Of a stretch of 64,000 nt of DNA, positions 12,862 to 26,223 are shown piece by piece (position 1 is the stretch's first letter; the number at the start of each line of letters is the position of its first letter). Origin of the DNA: Fistulifera solaris (lineage: Eukaryota); the NCBI GenBank assembly GCA_030295235.1, contig AP026136.1, positions 1,054,001-1,118,000 on the forward strand, in the 5' to 3' direction. The notes below the pieces were generated by a model. That model made no database searches. It was not told the origin of the DNA and was given only the letters and a program-made list of their open reading frames with translations. The position numbers and the translations under genes are program-made.

Positions 12862-13371
12862 ATGACCTATCGTGCCATATCGCCACGAAGGGGGTACTGC
12901 CCCGAAGTGATTGATGTCAGTGCCCGCGAGGAAAATGCTCGCCTGCATTATCAGGAACATAATCGGGGATACTCTCCTAGAAGAGATCGTCTTGTTGACA
13001 GCGCATCGTCGGTCTCTGTGGCTAATTTCGTCGCTAGAGTTCGAAATGATATTCACTCGGAGAAGGTCCGCGTTCGAAGCAAGATCCAAGACATTCGTTA
13101 CAATCGACTGATTCATGACAAAACCCAAAACGACATTCACAAAATTGTATTCGAACAGCACGATGAAATGCTAGCTAGACTCAGAACACTTGAGGACGAG
13201 TTGGAGTTTAACGTCAACGAATGCATTCGTCTTCAGACCGAACTGGATCGCATTCACCGAAAGGAAGAATGGAACAGCCTGCAGTCCGAGTCTCGAAGAT
13301 CTGTGTCCAAGAACAGGTCCAAACGCTCGCGTATGAAACGCGGCACTCGGAAACTTCCGATCAGTGTTTGA
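12862..13371 (+). CDS. Hypothetical coiled-coil protein with basic tail
   Basis: 169-aa ATG ORF with heptad segment LARLRTLEDELEFNVNECIRLQTELDRI. Confidence 0.6.
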   Translation: MTYRAISPRRGYCPEVIDVSAREENARLHYQEHNRGYSPRRDRLVDSASSVSVANFVARVRNDIHSEKVRVRSKIQDIRYNRLIHDKTQNDIHKIVFEQHDEMLARLRTLEDELEFNVNECIRLQTELDRIHRKEEWNSLQSESRRSVSKNRSKRSRMKRGTRKLPISV

Positions 13372-13486
13372 AGTGCAGGCGTCTGTCCGTTTCAACTAAT
13401 TTCAACAATACATGTTCTACACAAAGTCTTTTACAATAAGAATAACGTTACTAGTCAGATAGTCACATTCAGTTCAAATAGAGTCA

Positions 13487-14696
13487 TCAATGAGCTAATA
13501 ATTGGCGAATTTCACTCCAGCTGACATCGACGGTCTTCTCCTTTTTGTTTTCTTTCACCGTTTCTTCTAAATCGGTCATCGAACCCATGTTTCTGATCGT
13601 TTGTTCCAAAGCCTTTAGAATTTCCTCATCAGCTTTCGTACGTTTTCCCTTTCCTCGTTTCTTTTTTCGGCTTGTCAGTCTCCTCCTTTTCTTTCGTATC
13701 GACAACTGGTTGTTCCGATGCGTCGCTGTTATGGTTGTCCGTGTCAGTCTTTTCCGAAATCTCGTACACAACGTTTGTTTCGTTGGCACTAGACATCTTC
13801 TCTGAAGTAGAGCAACTGTTATCATCGACAATTGTCTTTTCGGAGGATTCTGTTACTTTTGTTTTGGTCACGCTGACGGGCTTTTCCGAAGTATTACTGC
13901 CTTCCATTGTTTCTTCCGTGTTTTCGGTCACCAGAGTGGCGCCATCTTGCTCGTATTCTTCCAAGATGTTGCACACCTCTTTATCATTCAAAAATGCCGA
14001 TGCATATTCGCGCAAGCAAGCCAGTTTTTCGCATCGCTCAATTTCCTTTGTTAACATTTGTACGTGGGCCGTCATGATGGCATGATCCATTCTGTAGGCG
14101 CGGAGTTCCTCAACATGTATCGGTTCGTCGTTTCCTTTGCGATGGGATAAGAAAAAACCTCTTTTGCTCGGACGAATTGCATTGTCAACGTCTTCATGGG
14201 AAGGCAAATCTTCATATTGATCGACCGTGTCGTTCAATTGCTCCAAAAAATGAAACCAAGGGAGAGTTTCTTTTTGAAGAGTTTGCACTTTGTCGGCGTA
14301 CTCTATCTGCTGGGAAAGCTCTACATGAGTAGCCCGCTGCACTCGCTTTTCTGTCCGGATATTTTTTTTGAAACGACTCTTCCGATTTCACCAACGACGT
14401 GCGAATAAACTCTCGTTGCTCTCTCAGCTCTCCTTCCAACTTTTCTTTGTACGCCACAATTTCCTTCGCTTCCGCTTGGAGGTTATCGATACAGCATTCT
14501 CTCTTTCCTTTCGGTAGCTTTTCAATTGATTGTTGAAATACGTACTCTTTCCATGCTTCTTCAAATTTCTTCAAGAAAGCAACGTTCTCTTCGTTGCCCT
14601 TGAATGGCTCATCCAAATCATCAGCGGTGACTGGAGCCGCGATCAGATCGTAAAGCATCGACGGATGCGCGGATTGGGCCTTCACCTGCTCCATGC
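13487..14696 (-). CDS. Hypothetical coiled-coil protein split by two homopolymer frameshifts (near 14362-14369 and about 13662)
   Basis: Three overlapping ORFs (14212-14763, 13629-14342, 13487-13831) join at A-runs into one coherent protein. Confidence 0.65.
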
Positions 14697-15158
14697 TGTC
14701 ACGAATGAATAACAATTTAAGGATTGAGCAAAACTTTGTTGATAAGCCTCCGTCAATGGTCAAGTTGGACTTTCTCGATTGTCTCGCATGAAATTCGTAT
14801 GCGTTCTTATTCGTGGTAGAATCGCGCCTCGCGTTACCGTCGCCAACAGAAAGTTATACTCCGGTACTATTCATTCTGAATTAGGACGAGGCTGTCATTT
14901 CGGTATTGAAACCAAAAGGCAAGTACTAATGTCTTGTGAATTATGGCCTATAGAAAGGCGAAAAAGATACGAAATCATGCACAGAAAGGGGCGCACTATG
15001 AATATTTGAGTACTTTCTAGCGAGACGTGCTTCACTTTTTGTCGCCAAACAAGGTCGAAGTTTCCAAATGAGAACAAATAATGCAATCCTTGCTCGATGG
15101 AGACCTGAAGGAGCACATCACGTACTTTGCCCCTTCTTTGCTTCCGAAAGACACAGAA

Positions 15159-17580
15159 ATGGGTAACTCACATTCATTTGACGATGACACAACGTACGGA
15201 AAGGATAGCCTTTTCGCTGAGACCGACGATAGTTCCTTGCTTGTGAACGAAAACGGTAGTAAAGCTCATCGCTTCCGGAAGAACAAGAACAGTCCGGCTG
15301 TTTCGAGAACACCGGTAGTCCCAGGAGTGTTCCGGGGGAGTCGTCATCAAAGCGACTTCGGTCGAGATTACGACTACGAGCGAAGAGAACAGCTAAATAG
15401 TGATCATGTTGAAGTGTATTCCCCTGATGAATTAACGGATCGCGACGAGCTAAGCGCGATGACGGATATGGCATGGAAGCACTTGTCAAAGCACATGCGA
15501 TCGCCATCCGATACTATTGAGTTGATTAACGCTGATGAAGAATTTTCGCTTCGGCAGAGCAGAGACGATGATGGTTGCGACAGAAAAAATGGATTCTCGT
15601 CTAGAGTGGGTCATCCGATGATTTCGTCGTCGTTAAGAGAAACGGAAGTCAATGAAATAGTTCTCGGGTCCGAGCAATCGCGCCTTTGGAGGAAAAGTCG
15701 ACAATCTGGTAGTGTTAGAAAGAATTCTGATCAGGACAAATACAACGTACGCACGAATAGCGCTGAAGAGACCTGTACGAGATCATACAGCAAAGATATC
15801 ATGATGGAACCCACACCATCACCTGAGAGTTTCTTCGGGCTTGGCGACATATGGAGGAATGATAGCCAGCAATCAACTAAATCTGATCAAAGCCCAGTTT
15901 ACTCTCCTCGATCCCCTGTTTCTCCCTCATCGCCTCGGAGAAACGGAAGCAAGCATGATGTTGCGATCAGAATGGAAAATATCACGTCGCGTCTTGACGC
16001 GATGACAGAAAAGTCAGCAGTCACCGTCAGTCCAGCATGAGAAAGTATGGGAGCACGACACTTTTCAAGAAAGTCTCAATACATTGTTGTTGCAATCTCC
16101 TCAGCAAGCCAACGAAGATTGGAATCTCAATGAAATTTACGCTCGTTTGGATGAGTTGAGTAAGAAGGAGTTGGCGGATCATGACGAGACCACCATTAGT
16201 CTCACAGAAGCAATTACTCAAGAAACTATTATCCACGACGACGAAATAAATATTGAAAGTGATAGTGTCATTGAGGTCCAGAAAGTCGATAGAAATGCGT
16301 TCCCATTCCAAAAGGAGGCGATTAAAAGCGAACCTACGCCAAGGTTGATACAAGCAATAAGTAAGAATGAGGTGCTGACAGTTGAGATCAATACCAACGA
16401 TCGGGAGAAGATTACCGACTCTCAAGAACAGAGCGACTCCCGTATTGAGACATCCGTTTCGCCGTACCATGTCGTACATAAGCAAGTAAATGATGACAAT
16501 GTAACAGCGGGTGATGATGCTAGCGCACCTCATGCCAACGTCAATATGGTACCTCAATTCCCCAAAACTGCAGTGGCCAACGATGCGGTTGGCCTTCTTA
16601 TTACGGAGGACTTCCTTGATCAATGCGGAAACTTTGTTACAAAGTTAGTTGAGACTCCATTGATTAGTCCTTGTAATCGGTGCGCCATTCAAGCTCATGA
16701 AACCAGTAGAATCGCGGAGCACAATTGTCATGACACATCGCAGCACATACAGAGTACAACAGCCGAGGACAGTCGTCAAAAGGAAACAGATGGGCTCAAC
16801 GTGAAGTCGAACAGTATCAAAGCTCGGGATGAGTCTCTTCAAGAGATGCCAACTTCACCTGTTGGCTCTTCTGGTTCACAGTCAGCCATTTCAGATGAAG
16901 TGGACGTTGAATTCGTACAAAAGTATGCTAGTTTGTTTGAAGCCTTCCTAACGGAGAACATGGACCTGATGGATCAGAATTCTGATATGATATCTTTCTT
17001 GTACGTTGCCAAACTCACCAAGATAATGGCGGCGTCAGAGAAACTGGAGTCCGCTTTCAAGAAACGTATCGTAACGCTTCGGAGCGATAAGGAATCGGTT
17101 TTATCCAAGTACAGAGAAGATTTGATCACAGCTGCAAAAGAGAAAGTTGTCAAGGGTATTCAGCACGAACAAGAGTTGAAGACTCTTCAAGAAACAGGTC
17201 AAATTATGGAGGGAAAATTGAAATGGAAGCTTCTGATGGAAAATGCACACCGAGCTCGGAGCGAATCAATGCTATTGCAGACTTTGTGGAAGACAACAAT
17301 GGACATGGATGCACCATTGGAGTCGCTTCCCGCTGGTCAGGAAATAGAAGTTATACGACAAGCAGCTATCGCTGCCTCGTCCACCACTTCACCAGCATCG
17401 GAGGACGTTTTGCTGAAAGATATACGACGATTCCAAATGGAAAACAACTTTTTAAACGCTGAGATATCTGTTTTGGAGGGCAAATTGAATCAGCGAAGGC
17501 AAACCGCCAACACTCATTTGTGGGTCGACTCAGTCTTTCGCCGTCTTGGAGCCAAACCGAAGAAGCCATTGAAAGATTAG
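15159..17580 (+). CDS. Large hypothetical protein (MGNS.. possible N-myristoylation, C-terminal coiled coil); frameshift near 16010
   Basis: The 319-aa and 498-aa ORFs join by a one-A change at 16009-16012. Confidence 0.7.
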
Positions 17581-17690
17581 AGGTCAACGTGAATTTTACT
17601 GTTTTATTATAATCAAAACTAAACAATTAAAGGGTTGTGTATCGAATTGATAAGAAAGTTAACACTTCAAGGCAGAAATGCAATTGTATT

Positions 17691-18791
17691 CTAGATAATA
17701 CTCTTCCCCATCAAAGATGTGATAATTTGAAGAGTTAATTCCGCTGTTTCATCCGCACCTGCGTCATTCGTAAGAGTCGGATTGAATTCTACAATATCCG
17801 CACTGGCTAAGTTTCCGGTTTGTGCGATTGCCTCCGCAACAAAGTGAGCTTCACGGAATGTCAAGCCGCCACGAACTGTTGTGCCGGTTGCCGGAGCCAA
17901 CACTGGATCTACAGCATCAATATCATAGCTCAAATGCAAAGGCCGATTCGGGTCTTTCTCTAGTAAGTGACCGATGGCCATCTCCATAACATTGCCGATG
18001 CCATACCGATCGATTTCGTGCATCGTAAAAGCCGAAATTCCTAAATCTCGAATGAGTTCTCGTTCAGCAGGGTCGACATCACGAAGACCAACATAAACGA
18101 TGGAATCCGGGGGAAGACGGTTACGAAAGGTCTGATACAGCCAATCAAAGCCCGGAACTGGTTCCGAGGGCGCGACCCCTTCCATGAGCAACCCAACCGG
18201 CATACCATGCATATTCCCTGACTCTGACATGGCGGGAGTATTCAAATCAGCGTGCGCATCAACCCATATAATACCGGTGTGTGGTCGAGCACTTAACACG
18301 CCTGCTAAACTGCCGATTCCGATGGAATGATCACCACCAAGAATCAAAGGGAACCGTCCTTTTTTGATGGTATCTGAAACGAGCTTGGCTAGTTTCTCCG
18401 TTCCTTTACCAACAAGCCACGGGTTTCGTACGTTACCGATTCCTGCGGTCGGCTTGTGAGTTGTTGCATCATCGAAATCGAGATCCGGCAAATCTTCGAC
18501 TCTCCATCCCAGAGCCGTCAACATGGATCGCAAACCACGTTGACGAAGAATCTCGGGTCCGTGATCGGTCCCTACAAATGGCTGACCGTACGTCATGGGA
18601 GCTCCAATAACTGTGCAAGTATGAGGATGAGCCACAGGACGATACAATTCCTCCCGCTTGACTGTAGGTAAGATGCGGTTTCGAACAATACCGGGCCCTG
18701 TTGTCTTGATGGCCTGGTCGGCGGAGTAGAAACGCACGGATCGGCAGCCGACGCGGCTTTGACGCCAATAGGAGATGGCGGAAGAAATCAT
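17691..18791 (-). CDS. ARG: Arginase (urea cycle), probably mitochondrial
   Basis: GGDHS, WVDAHADLNTP, SGNMHGMP, SYDIDAVDP..APATGT Mn-binding signatures; presequence-like N-terminus. Confidence 0.96.
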   Translation of the reverse strand: MISSAISYWRQSRVGCRSVRFYSADQAIKTTGPGIVRNRILPTVKREELYRPVAHPHTCTVIGAPMTYGQPFVGTDHGPEILRQRGLRSMLTALGWRVEDLPDLDFDDATTHKPTAGIGNVRNPWLVGKGTEKLAKLVSDTIKKGRFPLILGGDHSIGIGSLAGVLSARPHTGIIWVDAHADLNTPAMSESGNMHGMPVGLLMEGVAPSEPVPGFDWLYQTFRNRLPPDSIVYVGLRDVDPAERELIRDLGISAFTMHEIDRYGIGNVMEMAIGHLLEKDPNRPLHLSYDIDAVDPVLAPATGTTVRGGLTFREAHFVAEAIAQTGNLASADIVEFNPTLTNDAGADETAELTLQIITSLMGKSII

Positions 18792-19093
18792 TATTACTCT
18801 TCAAGCGAATGATAGCTCGGCACGTACTTTGGGAAAAGAAGAAACTGATAAAGACACTTGGCCTTGATTGCGTGTACTGGCGGTGATGGTGATGGAGGTT
18901 GGTTTCCAAAAATGGGCAGGTTGCGGCACCACGTACCCAGATTTTCTGGAAGTTTAAATTCTTCGATCTTTTTGACACATCACTCCAGAATTTCCGTCTG
19001 CCTAGAAAGAACGATAACTGTCTCGACTACTTGTACCGGTACCGGTACCGGTATACAAAGGACGGAGTAGTCGAAAGTGCATGGTCGACTTTT

Positions 19094-19135
19094 CCACGAC
19101 TGCACTTCAGTCATGAATCACTGTTCTTCCGAGCG
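19094..19135 (+). promoter_or_regulatory. Recurrent intergenic element CCACGACTGCANNTCAGTCATGAAT..TTCCGAGCG (other copies at 47125, 47349, 58435, 58659, 58990)
   Basis: 34/42 ungapped identity to 58659-58700; the core is found six times, always between divergent genes. Confidence 0.6.
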
Positions 19136-19372
19136 ACAAGGCTGCCTTAACTTTGTTTGTTCCGCTAAATATCTTGAGTTATATTTTTTATTGTTGCAAT
19201 GCACAAGGCTTTAGCAGCGCTTGCATTACACGTTATTTTATCTTACGTCGAAGAGTCTTGCGCAACGTTGTCTTCCGCATTTACTATGGACCCAAAGTGA
19301 TGGTTCTGGGAGACCACGACTGCAGTCTGTTCGTCGCCCCATGATAAACAACGGCATCGGAACCTCTACACA

Positions 19373-20386
19373 TTGGCAAATAGTCGGCAGAAAAGTCCCA
19401 GCAGCAAACGTTCGGGGGCTGGAGGGGGGTTGTCCTTCCGATCTTTATTATGCCAGCAAAACACAAGAATGAAATCCACCGAGAGAACTCCACAAACACA
19501 AAACGAATCATCAAATAATCAACCAATCACCAAAGCGCCGCTGATTCGACTCGAGAGGATGTCTGGTAATAGAGAACGCATCAACACGGGCGGAAGCATG
19601 ACTTCCCCACATCGGCGTACGCACCGAGAACGCCGACCGCGAACGTTTTCGAACAGCAGCGTCGACAGTGGCATATCCAAGCAACACGCACCCAGCACGA
19701 CGGACACGAACTTCTCTCTTAGAGAACGAACAAACACCTTAGAGGTTATTGCACTCACAGCGGATCATGAGGATGATCACGACTTGGATTCGCGCGGTGG
19801 ACAAAAACACAACCATCACCTCACGACTCGGCGGCGAAAAATCGTCAAGTGGATCGAACGTCAAACGGTGCCGATACCGCGACGTCTCAAGAAAAATGCA
19901 GAACCCGTTCATTTCATCTCTGGCCTTGAAATGGTTCTCTACGGCCCGTCCGCGGCGGCAGACACAGTTCTACTCATGGGGTTGAAGCCGCCGCGCTATC
20001 TGTGGTACATGTGGAGCGGATCGTTTTGCGATGTCATTCAGCTCGGTTTCGATTTTATGCTGCACAAAGTTATGAACGTGCAGGATCCGACGATCTGCTG
20101 GACTGTAAGCTTCATTATGAGTGTCGTCTTTCGCCACACATCGCATCGATACATGGTGTTTGGTGACTATGTGGGAGGATACTGGGTTAGTTTACTTCGA
20201 ATGTATGCTGGATATTCGTTCATTATTGTTTTGAGTACCTTGGTTAATCTGTGTCTTACTCGATTGACCGAACTGAGCCACTATTTGGCTTGGTTCATCA
20301 CGATCTTTTGGAGTGGCATTGCGAATTACTTTATTCTAAAGCGCCTTTGGGGACTAGGAGGTCCGTCGGTGAACACCACCTCATAA
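19373..20386 (+). CDS. GtrA-like 4-TM membrane protein with disordered N-terminus (start uncertain)
   Basis: Four C-terminal hydrophobic helices with HRYMVF and NYFILKRLW, typical of GtrA. Confidence 0.75.
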   Translation: MANSRQKSPSSKRSGAGGGLSFRSLLCQQNTRMKSTERTPQTQNESSNNQPITKAPLIRLERMSGNRERINTGGSMTSPHRRTHRERRPRTFSNSSVDSGISKQHAPSTTDTNFSLRERTNTLEVIALTADHEDDHDLDSRGGQKHNHHLTTRRRKIVKWIERQTVPIPRRLKKNAEPVHFISGLEMVLYGPSAAADTVLLMGLKPPRYLWYMWSGSFCDVIQLGFDFMLHKVMNVQDPTICWTVSFIMSVVFRHTSHRYMVFGDYVGGYWVSLLRMYAGYSFIIVLSTLVNLCLTRLTELSHYLAWFITIFWSGIANYFILKRLWGLGGPSVNTTS

Positions 20387-21115
20387 TGGGTTAACGTAAT
20401 CAAGGAAAATTGATTATTATATTCATAAATTTGCTTGATGGCGAAGTGATGCTCTTTCATGATGCCTATTTTGTTCGTTTCGTAGAATACAAGACGCAGA
20501 GCGGCTTGTGCATTGCGAGACCAGAGAAAAAGTCGCTTAGTTTGAATAAGTTGAATCACAGAATGCACAGTTCTATGGAATCATTCTATGTTAACCATGG
20601 ACCGTGGCCTCCTTCGTTCTCCTTAGTTTTCCTAGGAAACGCACATGGAGAAGTCTTGTGTGAATTTCGTTTTGCCGTCATTGAAAAAGGAACTTGGGTC
20701 ACATTCACATAGGGCGAAAAATTTAACTATTTTAAGTACACAAAATCCTCCAATCAATTAGCGTGACATAAAAAAGTTTCGGCGCGAAGTGGTTTCGTCA
20801 CCTAAGTAATCTTATTTGATGGTTTGTTACTTAAGCCACTCAATGGCGCGAAGAAAAATATTGTATAAAATGATGATTATACATATGAAGTTTCAAGCGC
20901 GCCGCGCCATTCGCCAATATTTGCTCACAAGACATGAGTTCACCACCAAAGACGATTATTTATCATCATCGACGGAAAAAACACACTACATTCGAATTAA
21001 AGATGAGCCGAGGAAGACCCCGTCAACCCGTATCTGAGGACAAGCTGATTCGCAAACGCTTGGCTGCTAAGCTGCGCCAACGACGATGCCGTGAACGCAA
21101 AAAGGAATTGTAAAG

Positions 21116-21774
21116 ATGGAGACCAACCAAAAGAATGTTTCTCATACAACGACAGATGGTTTGGTTACAAAGGACAACCATTCAGTTCCTCCTTCACCTC
21201 CATGTAAATTGAAGATAGTCCATGTTCCTGTGCCAACATATTTCGGTCTTCCCCGTACCAACGTCACCCCATGTACATGCCTCATCCCATCAGCATCCCA
21301 GGGAGTCATCATCCCCATCATCACCCCTTGCACCCACGAGCTCATCCTGGATACGCCGTTCATGCTCCTTATTACCATCCGGTCTATCCGATGATGCCAT
21401 ACCCTCACCACTCGACAGTTCGCAGTGGTCCCTATACTGCAGCGTCTACTTCTGCGCAGTCCGACACAATTCCGCGAACAGTTTCAAGATCTTCATCTGA
21501 CGCTTCAACCGACGATTCTGTCATTACTTCTGATATTCGTCTGAGTAAGCATGAGTTAAAGAAGCAAAAGAAATCTCTTGCATCTGAGGAGAAAACAGCC
21601 GTTGATGCCATCTTATCGCTCAAGTCGAATAGCTCCGACGAGGATTCATCCGACGAGACGATATCTACCACCGATGAGGGCCTTTCTCTCTCATCCAATA
21701 GTATGGATGAGCATTCAACTATCATTCAAGGCGTTGATAATGCACGGTCAGTATTTCGAGCGGTCTCCGTTTGA
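21116..21774 (+). CDS. Hypothetical His/Pro-rich disordered protein (possible intron about 21159-21220, frameshift about 21251)
   Basis: 167-aa ORF with HP-rich tract and EEKTAVDAILSL motif; upstream ATG at 21116. Confidence 0.55.
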
Positions 21775-22491
21775 GATGACCCACTTGAAACAGAACGAGG
21801 AGTCTGGTTATGACTGGCGGCGCTGGGCGAATTCTTCAATAATTTGGCATGTATCTAAACTACTTAAACTGGTTTATGTGCAAAATACAATGATGGACTC
21901 TGCTTCGTGTCATGTCATCTTTCGTATAACACGTACAGCGAGGCATAGTGTTTGTTTCTTTAGGAAGTTCGCACTTGACCTTTGACTGACCATTCGAATC
22001 CATGAAGCTTTGATTGCTTTTCTCGGAAAATCAATTCCTGACACGCTCCTTCGTTAAAGTATTAAGACTAGGTAGTGGTGTTGGTGTCCGCACTCATCGC
22101 CCTAGTTTTCCAATCCTGCCAACGGGCACGCTAGGCGAATTCAACGGAAAAATGAGCGCTACAAATTTTGTATCTGTCGGCTCGAGATTCTCCACTCCGG
22201 GTGACACTGAACGTTCGACTTGTCGAAGCGATGTCGTCATCATTCATCATTCGCGGGCTGCGCGGCGCGATAAAAGAAGTTCGAACGAACGACGATTGAT
22301 TGGTAGGTTCAAGCAAAGACATCTCGAACTTCTAGCTGTGAATGAGAGCGTTCTGAAGCATTCATTACTCGCACTAGAGCTCCAAAAACCAATTTACAAG
22401 TCAAGGGACGAGTGTGCGGCAAGTGATAGTTTGTTTATATTACTCGCGTTTGCCATCATCGTCATCGCTTCTGTATCTCAAATTATTCAGC

Positions 22492-23983
22492 ATGCGGAAA
22501 GCTTTCTTGGCAGCTGCCTTGCTTCTACGATGGTCTTCCGCTTTTTATCCTTGCCAAATTATTTACCGGGACATAACTTCGACAATCAGATTATCTTCTG
22601 CCGCGTCTGATGAGGGAACCGGAGATCTGGAAAAGGAAAACGAATCGTCATCGCGACGAAGCAACAGCAAAAAAGCCATCAAAGCGAAATCGAAATGTGT
22701 TATCGCCCGTCAACAATACTGATTTAAAAGAATCGACGGACTCGGTGAACGCTGAGATGCTCAGGAGAATAACACAGCTGGAAGAATTAGTCGCACGACA
22801 ATCCGTTCTCATAAAGAAATTAGAGAAAGAATGCATCGATCTGACTCATGCTGCCGAGTCGTTCGCAAAGGTGATTGAATTGCTCCGAGAAGCTGGCTTG
22901 CAGACCGCTACTGGCAACGAGATCAGACTCATGGGGAAGAATACTTCAAAGGAGGAGGCTTACGAAGTTGTCGAATCGTCCGATGTAGCAGAAATTTTTG
23001 GTTCGGCTCCGGCAAATGTAATCGAAGCAGCCGACGCCGCTGGTGCCAGCATTCTAGCCGGACTGCTAGGCGGAAAACAGCGAATGCTAGTTGACGTTCG
23101 TGATGCTGATTTGGCGAACGATATCAATACGCTGGTTCAGTTTCTTGAATTAGCTGTTTTACCGGTGGCAGCCGGTCTGGAAGGATTGAAGAGCAAGCGA
23201 AATCGTCTGAAGCTAGTCTTTCCAACAGTAGGGCAATTACTCCATTACCGAAAGACTATGGCCCTGGCAGCGCCTGAAGTTGTTGCTCTTTCAACGCTCG
23301 GTTTAGACCCGGTCGAAGACCGAGACAACCTGATCGTCATTATTGCGCCGAGTCCTGACGATATTGAAGGGTTAGAAGCCATGAATAACCTTTTGGAGGG
23401 AAAAAATTCCCCTCCCATCCCGAAGCCGGTGGTAGTAATAAATCATCACATGATACCCATTTCTGGACCCGCTGCTAAATTTGAAGTGGCGTACCACCTG
23501 CGGCTGCTTTCCGTTCAGTACATATCGGGTGACGTACCCAAGGAATTTCTGCCCTCACTAAATAGTACGGCTAGTGCTCAGGATAACACATCCGACGATG
23601 ATCTACTCGAAGCCGCAGTAAAACACGCACTCGGCAGGGCAACGCATAGCGGAATGACTCGGGCTATGGTGGTTAGAGCATATCCTAGACCGTGGCATGT
23701 CTTCGTTGATACATCACCTGATACGGACGCTGATTTTGAGGTGGCCGCCACGTTCGACATAGAACCCGCAATGGATGAAATCAATAAAGCTATAATAGAA
23801 TGTCTGGAAGGTAGTGAACAAGAAGATGAGCTTGTGGCAAAGCAGATGCAGGAAGCTCTCGAAGCAGGTCAACTGGATAGGGTGAATGACATGCTAGCAA
23901 GAATGGGGATCGATATAACGGACGATGATGACGATGAAGACGAAGACGACGAGTGGAAAATTTTCCGAACGGATAGTGTTTAA
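22492..23983 (+). CDS. DUF1995-like plastid-targeted protein; frameshift at A-run about 22669
   Basis: Signal peptide MRKAFLAAALLLRWSSA-F; motifs LVFPT, VVINH, YHLR, AMVVRAYPRPWHVF. Confidence 0.78.
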
Positions 23984-24171
23984 TTGTGCCTTGAGAGGCA
24001 GCAAATGGCAAATCCAGCCCCCCAAAACAATGGTCGGCAGTAGCGAGCATCGTTCGGGGTCAACTTTTCCACCTATGTTGACCATTAATCGCCGAAGGTC
24101 AACCCAATTAATAATGCGCAGCTTGACTGGCATCCTAGAGGATGTAATGCGTTATCTATGGTAGCTAAACG

Positions 24172-26223
24172 TTATTTAACGCTAAGTTTTTGGATTTTTT
24201 GTTCAAGCTCAGCAACTTGTCGCTTTGCTTGATCGCGTTCATCCTCGAGCGTTTTCTGACGCTCAAGTGCTTTCTGTAGGGCGATCATCATCTGGGCTTC
24301 GAGCATAGCGATTCCTTCGGTTATCTCTTTATTCTGCGACTGTAAAATATTGTTTTCAGCTTTTAACAGAAGCAGCTGTTTGTTTTCTTTTTTTAACTTT
24401 GCATGCTGCTCGAACACGTCCCGAAAAGGAGTGATGCGCTCCTCGTAATCATGTCGGAACTTTTGCAATCTTGATTTCAACGAAGTGTTTTCAACGGATA
24501 GCTGTTCCACTTGATCCCTCAGACGGTTGACTTCATCAAGATGATTCTGAGGTTCTTCGTCGATCGAGTGTAGGACCGTTCTGCCATTCAACTTCACTGG
24601 TTCACGATAGGCTTCAGCCAATTGTCGATTTAGTGAATGGTCCTTAAGTTCATCGCTTTCTGACGTATACGACTCATTGTACGAATCTCGGAGCGCGCTG
24701 TGGTCAGGTTTAGTTCCATGTTCGGCATCGACTTCTCTATGGTCAATAGCAATAGAACCGGACGGCCAGCCATCTGTAATATGAAGCGTGAAGTGCTCCA
24801 CAAGCACAGTTTCCTGTTCGGCAACTAGCGAAGTTTGCCACTTTGGAGAAGGATGAACAACTGAATCACATGGTTGACCATCTATTGGTTTTCTCACGTA
24901 AAAGGCGGAAGATTCAAGTGGAGTTGATTGTTCAGTCTCTAAATCCTCGTAGGCAGGCGCCAGCTGATTGTTGATGGCTGAACCTTCCTGGCTGAAAGTG
25001 AATTCCTCACGGAGCGACGGAATAGGTAAAAGAAGGGTAGGAGAATCATTTCTTCTGCCGCTGTTCATATCTCCTGTCGATCGTCTGGATTTATCCCGCC
25101 GCCTTCGCCGACTGTTACATTCGTCAAGGAAGTATGATGGCGTCGCCGTTGGCGCCAAGTCAGTCGAACTTGCACTTTCATTAGTTGACCCCAACGTGTC
25201 ACACGCTGGGGAAGCGTCATGGTCGGGTGGCGTTAGTGTATTGCGGAGTGACGGAATTGGAAGAAGCAAGCTAAGGGAATCCGTTCTTCGTCGTGCGCGA
25301 GGGATAGGAGGTGAAATGTCGCGGATCGTCCACTCTGTGATACAATTTTCCTCGTCAATGTCCATGAGTCGATCAGTTTTGGATTCCGTTGCGCTGTTAT
25401 GAGAAATGGCGTTATCGCTTTCTGGAGTTCTCAGAGTAGTGAGTCCGTCTGTTCTGGGATCCGTTGCGCTGTTCTCAAAGACAGTGCTATCGCTTTCGGG
25501 AGTAGTCAGCGTATTGAGTCGCTCTATTTCAAGATCCGTCGCTTTATTTGTATCAAGATTGCAGTTGCTTTCTGGAGTCGTCAGTGGTTGGAGTTTGCGG
25601 TCTAGCGACGTTTCGTGACAAGTCTTTCCAGTAGCCACCACTTTTTGTGCCGAAATGGGGTTCGCAGGCGATACATTTTCCTGATCGTGTCCGATAGCGG
25701 GGGAAGTGGTGGATTGGGCCATGTGCTCTCGTAACGATGGGATGGGCAGTAAGAGAGTAGACGAATCGGTCCGTCGACGACGCATGAATTTCGAATTGTC
25801 GCGAGATTCGGCGCCGCGAAAACTCGTCGATTGCCCTACGGACCCTTCACCGTAAGGTGACTTTTGGAAAATAGAGGTAAGTGGAGAAACCATGTCACTG
25901 TCAAAGGAGAATCAGCGTTTGTCGCTGTTGGGGCTTCAATATCTTGGACCGACAATGTCCGAGTGTGCACTCTTTGGTGTAATTTGGAGGGTTTCGAGTC
26001 AAGAGTCCGCGGAGCATTCAAGTTTTGTGTCATAAAAGGGCTTTTTTGTGCATTTTGTGACCGCGTTGCAGGGCCGGCGCCTATCAAAGATTTTCCAGAG
26101 GAGGAAGAAAAACAAGGAGACTTTTTTTGGGAGTCCATTTTGGCTTTTCTTCTCCTCCAATTTCTTTTCCTTCCACAACTTAAGCTGCTCTTCGCGCGAT
26201 AGATTAGACACGTTGCGAGACAT
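24172..26223 (-). CDS. Hypothetical protein with internal repeats and C-terminal coiled coil (5' part frameshifted)
   Basis: 573-aa ORF plus overlapping upstream ORFs starting MSRNVSNLSREEQLKLWKEKK. Confidence 0.7.
25370..25590 (-). repeat. Three 72-bp (24-aa) coding repeats L(T/R)TPES(N/D)......ATD/E
   Basis: LTTPESNCNLDTNKATD / LTTPESDSTVFENSATD / LRTPESDNAISHNSATE at a 24-aa period. Confidence 0.8.

Noticed and set aside
20775..20910. GGCGCGAAG x2 as E2F-like sites
   Set aside because: Imperfect match and no supporting evidence about the downstream gene.
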